From positions 358,360,001 to 358,424,000 of the forward strand of contig OZ024743.1 of NCBI GenBank assembly GCA_964016885.1: a stretch of DNA of 64,000 nucleotides. Reading direction: 5' to 3'. A program made the translations under genes and the position numbers. Positions 1 to 13,296 of this stretch are shown piece after piece (position 1 is the stretch's first letter; each line of letters opens with the position of its first letter). Source of the stretch: Eledone cirrhosa (lineage: Eukaryota). The notes beneath the pieces were generated by a model that worked only from the letters and a program-made list of their open reading frames with translations, searched no databases and was not told the origin of the DNA.

Positions 1-510
1 CTCACTTCACCCCGCCCTCCCAACACCCGTGTTCCTTTCCATCTCACCCACCACCCCATCACCCTACCACGCCTGCGACATATCCTCTGTTCCTTCCGTA
101 TCCTCCCTTGTTCCCGTTCCAGCTACAACACTTGTCCCTTCATTTCCACCCTCATCACTCTTACAGGCACTAACGGGTCTTTCCGTATCCGCCATCCCTT
201 CACCTGCACATCCACCCACGTTGTCTATGCCCTCCGGTGTTCTCTTTGTGGGTCTTTATATATCGGACAAACGGGACGCCGTATGGCAGACCGTATTGCC
301 GAACATTTGAGGGACATACGACTCGGTTTGGATACTCCTGTCGCCCGTCATTTCTGTTCTCCTGGTCATTCTTCCCTACATGTTTCAGTCCTGGGTGTCC
401 TTTTACATCATGGATCACAGGCTTCGCGCACCAGGCCTGAACAAAGTCTGATTCACCGCCTTGGGTCCTATTCCCCTCTTGGACTCAACTCACCTCATCA
501 ATTTCTCTAA
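1..510 (+). mobile_element. Penelope-like element (Neptune-type) C-terminal GIY-YIG endonuclease, 5' part outside window
   Basis: Frame +1 is open from base 1 to TAA at 508-510 and reads ...FTCTSTHVVYALRCSLCGSLYIGQTGRRMADRIAEH...VARHF...EQSLIHRLGSYSPLGLN, the PLE GIY-YIG signature (VVY..C..C...YIG.T.R....R..EH). Confidence 0.9.
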
Positions 511-742
511 TACCCCGTCCATTATCACACCTATCGCTTTCTTTTGATCAATAGCAGCTTCTCTTACAACTAATATATGCCGACTATATATGCTCACTCC
601 ACTTTTCCCTTCACTGCTCTGTATACACACATACACACCCTGATATTAACATACTTTTGCTCATAGCTTCGTACTTACATGCACACATACTCTTTTACTC
701 ACATATACACACACTTTTCTTCGTAGCTTCGTACGGACGTAT

Positions 743-863
<121 letters not shown>

Positions 864-1505
864 CTTACGCACGTGCACAACTTTTTTTACAAAACGTTTT
901 TTTTTTTCATTTCAGGTAGAGGCGCTCCATCATCCACTTTTCTAAAAAAATATATCATACACAAAACGCCAGCACAACAGTTTTGCAAGAGATGTCAACA
1001 TGAAATGGACCTGTTATTTTTATCTAAAGACTTTTTTCCAATTCCATCCCGCCCGTCCCTATAAAGCTGACGGCCGTATGTAAGTAACAAACTTTCCGCT
1101 AAGCGGCTGGAACAAACGGCGCCAAATTTGCACCATAGATGTAACTTTTTCCAAGTAAGAAAGTGAGGGTATTTTTGTCTACTGAATTTTGTTAAAAGAT
1201 TAAATACATTATTTAAATATTCACTTCTTTAAAATGTTCAAATGTCAACACTTCCAGTTATATGACATTCCTAACGTCTTCACGAACCAAAGCATCATCT
1301 TCCTGTTTTCTTTCGGTTGCAACGTTTTTCGAAATATTTACTTCTGCGTTCACAGATTGATTTTTTTTAGTTTCAGAAGATCCCGTTAAGGATGAAAGCA
1401 GCGATTCTTTGCTTAAACTTTAATCTGTTATTTTAATATATATATATATATATATAATTACATATTCGTGTACAGATATTTTTGCATACACAAAAACAAA
1501 ATATA

Positions 1506-1863
1506 AACAAACGTATTTATTTCACGAAAGCACAGACGGCTTATCGTCATTGTTACTGCCGATATGCCACCCAAACGTCCTAGCCTGGCCGCAAGATCAG
1601 ATTTTCCAGAAGAAAAAATGTTATAACAAACGTATTTATTTCACGAAAGCACAGACGGCTTATCCTCATTGTTACTGCCGATATGCCACCCAAAACGTCC
1701 TAGCCTGGCCGCAAGATCAGATTTTCCAGAAGAAAAAATGTTATAACAAGCGTATTTATTTCACGAAAGCACAGACGGCTTATCGTCATTGTTACTGCCG
1801 ATATGCCACCCAAAAAGTCCTGGCCTTGCCGCAAGATCAGATTTTCCAGAAGAAAAAATGTTA
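1506..1863 (+). repeat. Three tandem ~120-bp units spanning the Helitron ORF start
   Basis: Unit AACAAACGTATTTATTTCACGAAAGCACAG...GAAAAAATGTTA starts at ~1506, 1625 and 1745. Confidence 0.95.
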
Positions 1864-2067
1864 CTAGAGCAACAGAGAGACTAAGCTTCGTGATTACCAT
1901 CAACAAAGCTCAGGGTCAAACCCTAAATGTGGCTGGCCTTCATCTGGGAAAACCATGGTCAATTGTATGTAGGATGCTCTAGGGTGATCTCGCCAAACAA
2001 TCTCTTCATCGTTGCTCCCGAGAGCCGAACAAAAAATATTGTGTACTCTGAGGCTCTAACAATGTAA
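1803..2067 (+). pseudogene. Helitron RepHel remnant: N-terminus fused to helicase C-terminus
   Basis: MPPKKS...SRRKNVTRATER joins in frame to LSFVITINKAQGQTLNVAGLHL; after a frameshift HGQLYVGCSRV...TKNIVYSEAL* (PIF1 motifs V/VI). Confidence 0.85.
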
Positions 2068-2767
2068 TTTATGTATTTTCTGTTACTTGGAATTTCCATT
2101 ATGGTTGTACAAATTATTGTAAAGTTTGTTAAAAAATGTGTTCTCTCTTCAACCTTTATTGTTGTAACTATCAATTTTCTTTAACGTACTGGCTGAGAAA
2201 AGAAACCTACACTGAAAGAACATCTTAAAGATTACCCAAGCCAAATGTTGTATTTATTAACATTTCTATCTGCAGGTTCTTAGCAAGCTTACTGGCGCTT
2301 TAGTATGGTATTCAATTCTCATATCGTTTTTGATTGATATGGTGCATACATCGCCGCTATTCATATGTTTTAAACATTAGATAACGATTGCTAATGTATA
2401 TTGTACGACAGAATTAGCTGAAAAATATTTTGAATGAACAAATAAAAGAGATATAAAAGAGAGATGTTTGTTGGTTGGTTCCTTGGCACTACAACGCTAT
2501 TAGCTGTCAGTCGAAGCAGCCGATGAAAGCAGGCGAAGGTGACGTCATTCGTCAAACATCGTTTATTTCCGTATTACTACCACGCATAAGTGGGGTTACT
2601 TAAATGAACTTTTTTTTTTTCACGCGTTTTTTTTTTTTTTTTTTTTTTTTTTAAGCATATAGATGTAAGTGGAGTTACTTAAATGAAAATATCACGCGTT
2701 TTTTTTTTTGTTTTTTTTTATTAAAGCATATCGATGTAAATGGAGTTACTTAAATGAAAATATAGGT

Positions 2768-2783
2768 GGCCCTTAAAAGGGCC
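2768..2783 (-). other. Histone-type 3' stem-loop motif (also 2937-2952 minus, 3164-3179 plus)
   Basis: Minus strand reads GGCCCT-TTTA-AGGGCC-ACC: 6-bp stem, 4-nt loop and ACC 3' flank matching the replication-dependent histone mRNA stem-loop. Confidence 0.6.
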
Positions 2784-2865
2784 AAATTAGAAAACAAATT
2801 TAAGTTAATTAGAAAACAAGTCATGGTTATCAAATAAATTGGATTTAATCATTTATATTTTCATA

Positions 2866-3250
2866 GTCATGGTTATCAATGTAGAAAACAAGTCATTTTC
2901 ACCAACAGTGGAGTTAACTTGAATGAAAATATAGGTGGCCCTTAAAAGGGCCAAATTGTTAATGGAATTAACCATCGCGATCTTTCCATCGCTACCGCTA
3001 CTACAGCAGATACCATCAATCTCCATGGGGACTGTCTCTTGTCTCCATGTGAACTGTATCCATGCTTTTGAATAAGGTTGGTGAAAAATATTTGTTTTCT
3101 AAACATTTCTTCATAAAGGGTTGGTGAAAAAAATTTGATAACCATAAATTTGTTTTCTAATTTGGCCCTTTTAAGGGTCACCTATATTTTCATTTAAGTT
3201 AACTCCACTGTTGGTGAAAATGACTTGTTTTCTACATTGATAACCATGAC
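2866..3250. repeat. Inverted repeat inside Helitron (~2866-2958 vs ~3158-3250)
   Basis: GTCATGGTTATCAATGTAGAAAACAAG...GGGCCAAATT and its reverse complement. Confidence 0.9.
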
Positions 3251-3524
3251 ACGCACACGCACGAACACCCACACAGGCACACACACGAACACTCACACAG
3301 GCACACACACATATATATATATATATATACACACACACACGAACAATCACACACACATATATATATATATAAACACACACAAACATACACACACACTATA
3401 CACACACTGTAAACAAGACAATGCATTCAATACAGACGTTTTCTCTTCTGCGGGTCTTCTCTCATCATTTGTTAACCCTGGCGAAGCTGGGTACCTCAGC
3501 TAGTCTATCTTATTTCTCATTCTT

Positions 3525-3560
3525 TCTTCTGATGAAGGACTAGCGTCCGAAACGTTAAGA
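3525..3560 (+). ncRNA. Minimal type I hammerhead ribozyme (PLE-associated)
   Basis: tctt-CTGATGA-a-ggac-tagc-gtcc-GAAA-cGTT-aaga. Helix I tctt/aaga, helix II ggac/gtcc, palindromic mini helix III. Followed by a tail and (TA)n. Confidence 0.8.
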
Positions 3561-3652
3561 CCCTCTTCCTGCTATATCAAGCGTTAACCTAATATATCCC
3601 TTCCATATACTGTACCGATTGTGTTGTTATTTCTGTTTACCTTTTACCTTTT

Positions 3653-3691
<39 letters not shown>

Positions 3692-3738
3692 AATACATGT
3701 GTCCCTATATGCATTTTGCATGTAGGGAGACATACTTT

Positions 3739-4071
<333 letters not shown>

Positions 4072-4092
4072 ATATATATATATATATATATA

Positions 4093-4497
4093 TTAATAAA
4101 AGGAATTCCAACTTTGTTTGATTTACTCGTTTTATTTCCAATCCTTTAAAATGTATAATGGTATTAGAATGAAATAGTATGGTAGAATATTAAATGTTAA
4201 GTGTTAATTGAACAAGTACTTTCATGCTTTCGCAATCTTCAGGTTCATAGTCTGTGGTGACAGTCAAGTTTGCAATTTTCAACTGTTGAAAATTGCAAAC
4301 TTGACTGTCACCTGAAGATTGCGAAAGCATGAAAGTACTTGTTCAATTAACACTTAACATTTAATATTCTACCATACTATTTCATTCTAATACCATTATA
4401 CATTTTAAAGGATTGGAAATAAAACGAGTAAATCAGACAAAGTTGGAATTCCTTTTATTAAAATAATTTTCTATACACAATCATACACACCCGTGTA

Positions 4498-4500
<3 letters not shown>
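4093..4500. mobile_element. Head-to-head palindrome of HHR-bearing PLE 3' ends
   Basis: Arms ~4093-4243/4311-4461, inner hairpin 4256-4312, extra tail to ~4500, (TA)n flanks. Confidence 0.85.
4209..4247 (-). ncRNA. Hammerhead ribozyme (second copy, lacking helix I 5' strand, at 4312-4345 plus)
   Basis: tgaac-CTGAAGA-t-tgc-gaaa-gca-t-GAAA-gtac-TT-gttca; helix I tgaac/gttca. Confidence 0.8.
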
Positions 4501-4590
<90 letters not shown>

Positions 4591-4627
4591 CTCGCAAGTG
4601 TTTTTTAAGCTTCATATCATGTCTCCC

Positions 4628-4698
4628 TATTTTATCTGATGAGAACGCAAATATCATCCCATGATGATATTTGGTTTTGAAATGCGCATAATAAAATA
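4628..4698 (+). ncRNA. Hammerhead ribozyme with extended helix II
   Basis: tattttat-CTGATGA-gaac..aaatatcatc/gatgatattt..gtttt-GAAA-tgcgca-TA-ataaaata. 8-bp helix I, palindromic helix III. Lies between TA runs. Confidence 0.8.
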
Positions 4699-4918
4699 CA
4701 TGGAACTCTTTTAACCATCTTTTGATCTTATATTATTTATACTCCAGTTCTATAAACTGTTGAGTTGCTACTTATCCGATATTTGCATTGCTTTATTGTG
4801 CTACAATAAAACTCCCCTCCTACATATGCATATATATATATATATATATATGTATATGTGCATGTACATACATGCATATATATATATACATATGCATGCA
4901 TATTTCCACAGATATTAA

Positions 4919-4921
<3 letters not shown>

Positions 4922-5010
<89 letters not shown>

Positions 5011-5031
5011 TGTGTCTGTGTGTGTGTGTGT
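4922..5031. repeat. (TG)n microsatellite
   Basis: Near-pure TG run. Confidence 0.98.
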
Positions 5032-5344
5032 CTAATTACGGGCTCACTGTGGGATGATTAAAAAAAAATACTTAATGCCGTGATGGAGTGGTGTAATATT
5101 TATTGAAATGTTAGCCTCGGTGAGTCGCTACTTGGAGTTCCTCGTTACCGGTCTTCAAGCAACGAAACATCTATTGTGAGGATTTGTTTAAATAAGCCAC
5201 CGTTGGAGTGAGTGCACTGTATGCGTATTCATATGGGGGGGGAGGTGGCTATTTAAAGGGGAACAAATTGAGCTGAGGAGTATGTATGTGAGGAGTATAA
5301 GTGGGAGGGGAGAAGTAGGAGAAAAAAATTATGTATATATATAA

Positions 5345-5537
5345 AACGAAGGAGGTGTGGTAAGGAACCAGATCGACCATAACGCACCAGAGTACTCAAT
5401 ACTTAGGGTAGTAGAGTGGGTAATAGGAAAATGTTTAACCCCATGGCAGAGTTCAAGCCGTTTCGACGGCTATTTCTGGACTCCATAAATAGCCGTCGAA
5501 ACGGCTTGAGCTCTGCCGTCGGGGTTAAACATTATCT

Positions 5538-5540
<3 letters not shown>
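5345..5540. mobile_element. Second fold-back copy of the 3874-4071 family
   Basis: Same tail (AACGAAGGAGGTGTGGTAAGGAACC...) and hairpin 5423-5540 centred in the same stem. Confidence 0.75.
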
Positions 5541-5571
<31 letters not shown>

Positions 5572-5865
5572 TAATTTGTGTGCTAGGCAGCCGACGTATA
5601 TGATAAAGTTATATCTGTTTATATACAGAATAGAAGTAAATGAGACTGCGTAAATGTGTTTATAGATTTACTCATATGTAGTATATGTATATATGGTCAT
5701 GTAATTCCTAACAGAGTCGTAGGGGCGCCGTATTGACATACGGCGTTTCTTGGGAATTTAAAGCTTGTTGGAGCCTATCCCTCTCCAGGCCTGAGTAAAA
5801 AGCAGATTTCTTCCAGAGAAAGATAAAAAGTGAGAGAGAGGAAATGAAGAAAAGATATAGAGAAA

Positions 5866-6023
5866 GAATCGATCCCAGTACTAGACTGGTACTTTTTTAT
5901 CGACCTCGAAAGGATGAAAAGCAAAATTGACCTGGTAGGATTTGGACACAGAGAGCAAGAGCCGGAACGAATACCATAAAGCATTCTACTCGATGCTCTA
6001 ACGACTCTGCCAATTCGCCGCCT
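5866..6023 (-). mobile_element. tRNA-derived SINE (diverged subfamily)
   Basis: Reverse complement of GGCGGCGAATTGGCAGAGTCGTTAGAG...TTTCATCCTTTCGAGGTCGATAAAA..GTACCAG. Confidence 0.75.
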
Positions 6024-6299
6024 ACATGTAGTATATATACTATATACACACCTGGTAAAATCCCAGTTAGGCTTAAAAACCTGTTGAAAGTATTTAGCAT
6101 TTTTTTTCCAATATACAAGGAAATACGTATGTGGCATTTTTACATGTCTATAACTAAAAATATATAAATCTATATACACATTTACGCAGTCTCGGTTACT
6201 TCTATACTGTATATAAACAGATACAACTTTATCATACATATATATTATAAGTAACATCCGCATATTAGGACAATGGGATTGATGAGTTAATATCTGTAT

Positions 6300-8264
6300 A
6301 CAACAACTACAACGGTACGAGATGGGGCTCTCCCACAGCCCCAGCGGACAGAATGGAGAAGGCGTTTCCCGGAGGACGGCAAGGGAGACGCGCTGGAAAA
6401 GCCACTTCAACTCGTGGGGCTCACACCTGCGGCTGGCCAGCTCAGCGCCTATGGTGGTGAGTAAGGAGGTAACCCAGGGGCCGAGGACACCAGAAGTCTT
6501 CACTGCCAGAGGTACGACCGCAAACCTGTCAGAGAGCGACCGGTCTTTGGGGAGTTTCGCCCCCTCAGCCCGACGTGCAGCAGAACCTGGGTCAGTCGCA
6601 GACTGCACCAGGTTGCAGCTTCAGAAAGTGTCGGTACAAGTGACATCCCAGACGAGGGGTTTGCCACCGCGGAACGTGAAGATGGTCATGCCATCTGGCC
6701 TTTTGCCGTCCCCTCGATCCAGCCCCACCGGCTCGAGCTGAGAAGGGAAGCCAGCAGCGTCCAAGCCATGTTTAATGACCTCGTTGAGGGCAGCATGGCG
6801 TGGAATGCGGCCGGCACTGTGGTGACAGGAAAGCGGGTGCAGGACGAAAGAGTCCACGGTGGAACCGCAGCGACATTGGTGTGGCTGGAAGATCCGGAGG
6901 CCGAGCCTCAGGGTAACGCCGATTCGCAGGCTATGGTTGTCTAGCTGCGTGCCAGTGGAGAAGGAGGGCAGGGTATGGAGGCAGGCACCACTGTGGGGTT
7001 TAGAGACCGCACGAAAACAAGCAAGGTGGTGCTGGTCGAGCTGACGCGTGAGCCTGTCTGAGGCCAGGCTGCACTGGATGGCATCCCAAGTGCGTTGGGG
7101 GGACTTGTTGTCAACAGGGGGAGAAGGAGGAGGGACGTCTACTGGGCTAAGTACCAGCCGGTCCCACGTCTCACAGGCGGCCTCACGTTCTCTGAACACA
7201 GCGGGTTCTGTTGTGTTTTGAAGAAGCCTGCTGACGAGGACGCGGCACGAGGTTACCGACGAAAGATGCGCCGGCAAAGTTAGTGAGATCGGGGACCGGA
7301 GGTCCAAGGCCGCCATACCTGACAGGTAAAGTGACCTGTTGCCACCCTATGTCGTCAAACTTGACGTTGCATATCTCCTCGGCTGCTGCTCGGAGACAAG
7401 TATCGAGGTCGACGAGGAGAGATGTCTGGGTATAGCATGGAGCGCTGCGGAGTGTATAGAGGAGCTTCGGCATGGCGAAGCAGTTCCTCAGCAGAAAGAG
7501 AGCTGGGTGGCCGTCAATCAAGCCCAGTCGGCTCGTGTGAGTCTGGAGCTGTTGAAGCCTGGACCTGATGGTTGAGCGGATGGCCGGCGGGTGGATTGGT
7601 GACCCGAGGATGAGGACATCCTCTTTGATCGTCACCTGAACCTTGCGGAGAATGGACGCACGTCCAAGACGGAGGCTGCAAAGCTCGCAGAATCGAGGTT
7701 GATGTTCACCACCTCCAACTTGGCCGAGTTGACCTGGAGGCCGATTCCCGCCAGGGCAGAAACACCGATTGAAGGTCATGGCAGACCGTCCGTACAGGCC
7801 CGCCCAACGTAGCATCATCCAGATACAAAACGTTGAGAGGGGCCGTGATACTCCGGGCGATGTGATCAATACCAAGGGCGGACAGGAGGGGTCCCAAATG
7901 GTCGCCCTGTTGGACCCCAGTAGCCGAGGGTATGACCGTATCAGCAGCAAGGAGCATGCTCGGGGCTCCATTTGACAGGTAGGCCAGCGGGTAGGCGGAG
8001 GGGGGCTCGGCTGAGGCAGGCCTCGAGCAGATGATCCCGGCGTAAAGAGTTGAAGGCATTCCTCATGTCAAGCTTGACAATGAGGTGTCTGGAGTCTCTG
8101 GATGCCGGTTCCGTTGGGCAGCTGTTGAAGAACTGCCTGGTTGCATGAGCGGCCCCCTCACAGCCACCGGACACGCCGACACCCAGTTATACCAGACTAA
8201 ACTCCTCACCCAGTACGTGTGTTACGGACTTGCAGATCACCTTGGCGGCCAGCCTCCGGAAGAC
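6300..8264 (-). mobile_element. CRE-clade non-LTR retrotransposon, 5'-truncated and frameshifted (RT + CCHC + restriction-like endonuclease)
   Basis: Successive frames give LGVGVSGGCEGAAHA, KLDMRNAFNSL, GVQQGDHLGPLL, YLDDATL, LPVRYGGLG, CRCG..VD...HPLSC...RH..LN, RPDGMTI...LVWDVTC.DT, WLFQRVSLAV. Confidence 0.85.
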
Positions 8265-8448
8265 ATATTATATCTATGTATATATATATATGTGTGTATA
8301 TATGGATGGAATAGATAAAAGAGTAAAAGAGTAATATATATATATATATATATATAGTAATAATAATAAATTTGAAGACTAAAATCCAAAGAGGGCTCGA
8401 TAAGGATAATTATATATCAGATATATAAGAACCGTAGAGCAAATATTT

Positions 8449-8612
8449 ATTAAAATAACAGATTAAAGTTTAAGCAAAGAATCGCTGATTTCACCCTTAA
8501 CGGGATCTTCTGAAACTAAAAAAATCAATCTGTGAACGCAGAAGTAAATATTTCGAAAAACGTTGCAACCGAAGGAAGACAGGAAGACGATCCTTTGGTT
8601 CGTGGAAACGTT
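8449..8612 (-). mobile_element. Helitron internal fragment
   Basis: Reverse complement of ~1273-1438. Confidence 0.7.
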
Positions 8613-8665
8613 CCCTGGCAAAGAACGGGAAAAACGAAGATAAATACGTCATTATTTGGAGCGAA

Positions 8666-9419
<754 letters not shown>

Positions 9420-9420
<1 letters not shown>

Positions 9421-11515
9421 CAAAATTTCTTCCATCATGCCTTCTGAAAACAGAACCCTTACACAATAACAACTACAACAGACACCACCCCCATCACCAC
9501 ATTAACTCTCATGTAAAAACTAACTACAGACCCATACAAAACAGACAAGCAGAATACAATTACAACCAAAACAACATTCCTTTTTTAGGAACAAGACTAA
9601 AATACCAGGACACCCGATGGCCCCACTCATGAGACGCCGAAGATAATTAACCTTTCAAAGGTATCACTAACCAACGCACAAATTAATATTTTAAGTATGG
9701 GACTGAAATTTACACCCACACCACAAAAATCTAACTTCCCCGAAATGAAAGATGACATCATGGAATTCTGCCGAAAACTGAGACTAATAGAATACTTCTC
9801 CAGTGACACCAACACTGAAGACGAATCAATAGTCAGAAACAAAAGTGATTTCTGCCCACAGAAAGGGAGGAACACAACACTGGACACCTACTGCGAACGC
9901 ACCATCAACTTCCCCTATGAACAAATCACAAATAAACATACGAAATCGAACCTCTCCAAACACGAATGGAAAGAATTATTCACACTCAAACAACACTGAA
10001 ATAACCATCAAAGAAGCTGATAAAGGGAGCACTGTAGTTATTATGGACACTGACTACTATAGAGACCTGGCACTCAAAATCTTAGATGACAACAGATTCT
10101 ACGAAAAAACAACAAACTACAAACAAACTAAAACTATGGGGAACCTCCTAACATTACTGCAAAAATACCGCAGTCGCCTAACCACAAAGGAATTTGAATA
10201 CATAAGCCATTTCAAATGTAATGCAAGTGCTTTCTACGGCTTACCGAAGATACATAAATGTAAACCCATAAGCAATGCATGCGACACCTCAACTAACAAA
10301 TACATACAATTAACACCACCAGAAGACTTAACACTCAGACCAATTATAGCAGGCCCTGCATGTGAAACCCAGACTTAGAAACTTCCTGGACATCCTACTG
10401 AAGCCCTTTCTAAAACATATACAGAGCTACATACGAGATGACCTGGATATGCTGAACCCCCTATCCAAAACAGTAAGTGAAAACACTATTCTAGTCTCCT
10501 TTGACGTAATAAATCTCTACACTAACATACCCCATAACTATGGAATAACAGCAATCCAGTTTTGGCTAGACACTCACCAATCTGAAATACCAACACGCAT
10601 CAACAAAAACGTCATTATTGATGGACTCCGATTTATCTTACAGAATAATTTCTTTACTTTTAAGGACTCAACATAACGGCAAATCTCAGGAACTGCAATG
10701 GGCACAAAGGTAGCCCCTACATACGCCAACTTAGTCATGGGATTCCACGAAGAACAAATCTACAACCAATCCCTTCTATTATTCGGAGACTCTTTCCTTA
10801 CACATCTCAAAAACAACTGGAAGAGATACCTCGACGATTGCTTCATTCTTTGGCAGGAAGACACAAACACACTCACCCTTTTCAAGAATATGATTAACAA
10901 CATTAACAATAATATACAATTCACAATGGAATCGAACTTCAAGGAATTAGCCTTCCTGGATATTCTCATTCTAAAAACAGATGGGAAAATAGAGACAGTC
11001 ATCTATTACAAACCCACGGACTCCAAACAGTATCTCCTATTCACATCAAATCACCCAAAACATACAAAACTTAACATCCCTTTCAATTTAGCCAAACGTA
11101 TATGCACCATAGTATCAGACCCAGCTAAACGGGAACAAAGACTAAATGAACTCAAAAACACACTCACATTAAGAGCCTTCCCACTTAACATAATTAATAA
11201 CGGTATAGATAAAGCAAAACACGCAAATGTTCATCAACCCAACAACCCAAAACACGGCACCACAAACAATACCTTATCATATGTATCCACGTTCAACCCC
11301 AGAAACACCGAAATATTTTACCTCCTACACAAAAACCTCCCCATTATATTTAAAGATGAAAAAATGAAAAAATTTTAGAAACACACAAGAATTTCAAAAG
11401 CAAAAGGCAACCCAAATCACTAAAACACATCCTCACAGGTACAAAGACACACAAACCTATCTCCAACCTTATGGTAACAAAATGCGGAAGAACGAATTGT
11501 GGAACATGCCTATAC

Positions 11516-11519
<4 letters not shown>
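9420..11519 (+). mobile_element. Neptune-type Penelope-like element RT, frameshifted, truncated before GIY-YIG
   Basis: LSMGLKFTPTP, IKEADKGSTVV, FYGLPKIHK, RPIIAGP, SFDVINLYTNIP, GTAMGTKVAPTYANL, WKRYLDDCF, FLDILI, YKPTD..QYL.FTSNHP, linker KCGRTNCGTC, then (TA)n. Confidence 0.93.
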
Positions 11520-11592
<73 letters not shown>

Positions 11593-11905
11593 TATATATA
11601 TGAATAAAGTTAGTCCTTCATCAGTGATCTTCCAACCATCATTGGTATTTCATCGCTTTAAAGACCATATACCTCCGGTTGGTGCGAGCAACGGCTAAAA
11701 AAAGTCGTTGGGACACGTAAATAAAGGGGACACGAGAGTGTAAACAAACAAAGATGGTGAAGCAACGAAAAGTGAGGAAGAACGAGTCAAGTCCCAAATT
11801 TCCATGAATATAAGTTCGGTGAAATCGTGAACGAGAGAGAATAAAGACCATCAAACCTGGTTGGAATGTGAGCAAGGAAGGAATTCCGTACAGGTCTAAC
11901 GGGAG

Positions 11906-11997
<92 letters not shown>

Positions 11998-11999
<2 letters not shown>

Positions 12000-12541
12000 C
12001 GTTTCTGAATTTGTTTAGCAAGATTCTTTATCTGAAATCGTGTGTTGAAACCGATATTGTTATACTTTGGGAGGGTCATGTTGCCAATAAGAAACACACG
12101 CACCAGTTGCTTTCACTTCAATTTATTATATATTTATAAATTTATAAATTTCTGGTTGGTTGGTTGGTTCCACAACCAGATAGTTGTTTATATATAGTCA
12201 TAGTCCTTTCGTCACACACTCTGTGACCTCTTCAGTGACTGGGATTCCTTTCTTTGTTTCTGTGCCTCTCACACATCACACACACAGAAACAAAATGGCG
12301 TAGAACAGAACAAAGGAGAGGCACAGAAACAAAGAAAGGAATCCCCAGTCACTGAAGAGGTCACAGAGTGTGTGACGAAAGGACTATGACTATATATAAA
12401 CAACTATCTGGTTGTGGAACCAACCAACCAACCAGAAATTTATAAATTTATAAATTTGTAAATTTATAAATATATAATAAATTGAAGTGAAAGTAACTGG
12501 TGCGTGTGTTTCTTATTGGCAACATGACCCTCCCAAAGTAT

Positions 12542-12549
<8 letters not shown>
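11998..12549. mobile_element. Head-to-head palindrome of HHR-bearing PLE 3' ends
   Basis: Arms 12054-12270/12316-12549, extra tail 11998-12053, (TA)n on both sides. Confidence 0.88.
12347..12391 (+). ncRNA. Hammerhead ribozyme (mirror copy 12196-12240 minus)
   Basis: agtca-CTGAAGA-g-gtcaca-gagtg-tgtgac-GAAA-ggac-TA-tgact. Confidence 0.8.
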
Positions 12550-12611
<62 letters not shown>

Positions 12612-12805
12612 CTATGGCAACGTCGGTAATTGACTGGCCTATCTGCTGATATACAAATCTGGCTGATCAGTTGGTCTGCTAATATGCAGATCAGGCCGAT
12701 CCGTCACTGTATATTCTAGAAAATATTATATATTTTAACTACCTCTGACAGTTGACATTGTAAACAATATACGGTACTGGTGAAAGGAAATCACCCAGAA
12801 ACATT

Positions 12806-12990
12806 AATTGTTTCTACGTTAGGCACAAGGCCAGCAATTACCCAGTGCATTACTGGTACTTTATTTTATCGACCCCGTGAGGATGAAAGGCAAAGTCAAC
12901 CTCGGCGGGATTTGAACTCAGATCGTAAAGGGACGTAACTATGCTGGAAAGCATGGCGTCCGACTCTCTACCGATACTGCCAATCCACCG
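12806..12990 (-). mobile_element. tRNA-derived SINE (major family)
   Basis: A box TGGCAGTATCGGTAGAG, B box GAGTTCAAATCCC, core GCCTTTCATCC..CGGGGTCGATAAAATAAAGTACCAG. Confidence 0.9.
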
Positions 12991-13119
12991 TAGAAACATT
13001 ACCCAGAAACATTAATGTCTGCCGTTTTGTTTATATGCCAACACAAGAGCAAGAATGAAAAGGTTGTTCTACTCACATGGCTTAAGAGTCTGCTTGCATA
13101 ATTGCAAACTAATCGAATA

Positions 13120-13241
13120 TTCTGAGTTCAAATCCCGCCGAGGTTAACTTTGCCTTTCATCCTGACGGGGTCGATAAAATAAAGTACCAGTAATACACTG
13201 GGATAATTGCTGGCCTTGTGCCAAAAGTAGAAACAATTATT
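13120..13241 (+). mobile_element. SINE, 5'-truncated
   Basis: B box, core and tail. Confidence 0.85.
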
Positions 13242-13254
13242 AATATTTGAAAAA

Positions 13255-13290
<36 letters not shown>

Positions 13291-13296
<6 letters not shown>

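Noticed and set aside
1506-1863. CRISPR-like array
   Set aside because: Whole 120-bp units repeat, with no unique spacers and no cas genes; eukaryotic context.
2768-3179. Histone gene
   Set aside because: Only stem-loop motifs; no histone coding sequence nearby.
5597-6240. Inverted repeat (5597-5670/6166-6240) as another HHR palindrome
   Set aside because: No hammerhead core found in the arms; origin unassigned.
5775-6608. 277-aa ORF as a host gene
   Set aside because: Read-through chimera of the CRE C-terminus, AT-rich flank and a SINE.
11590-11640. Hammerhead (minus strand CTGATGAAGGAC; similar at ~28800)
   Set aside because: GAAA box missing or truncated by a TA run.
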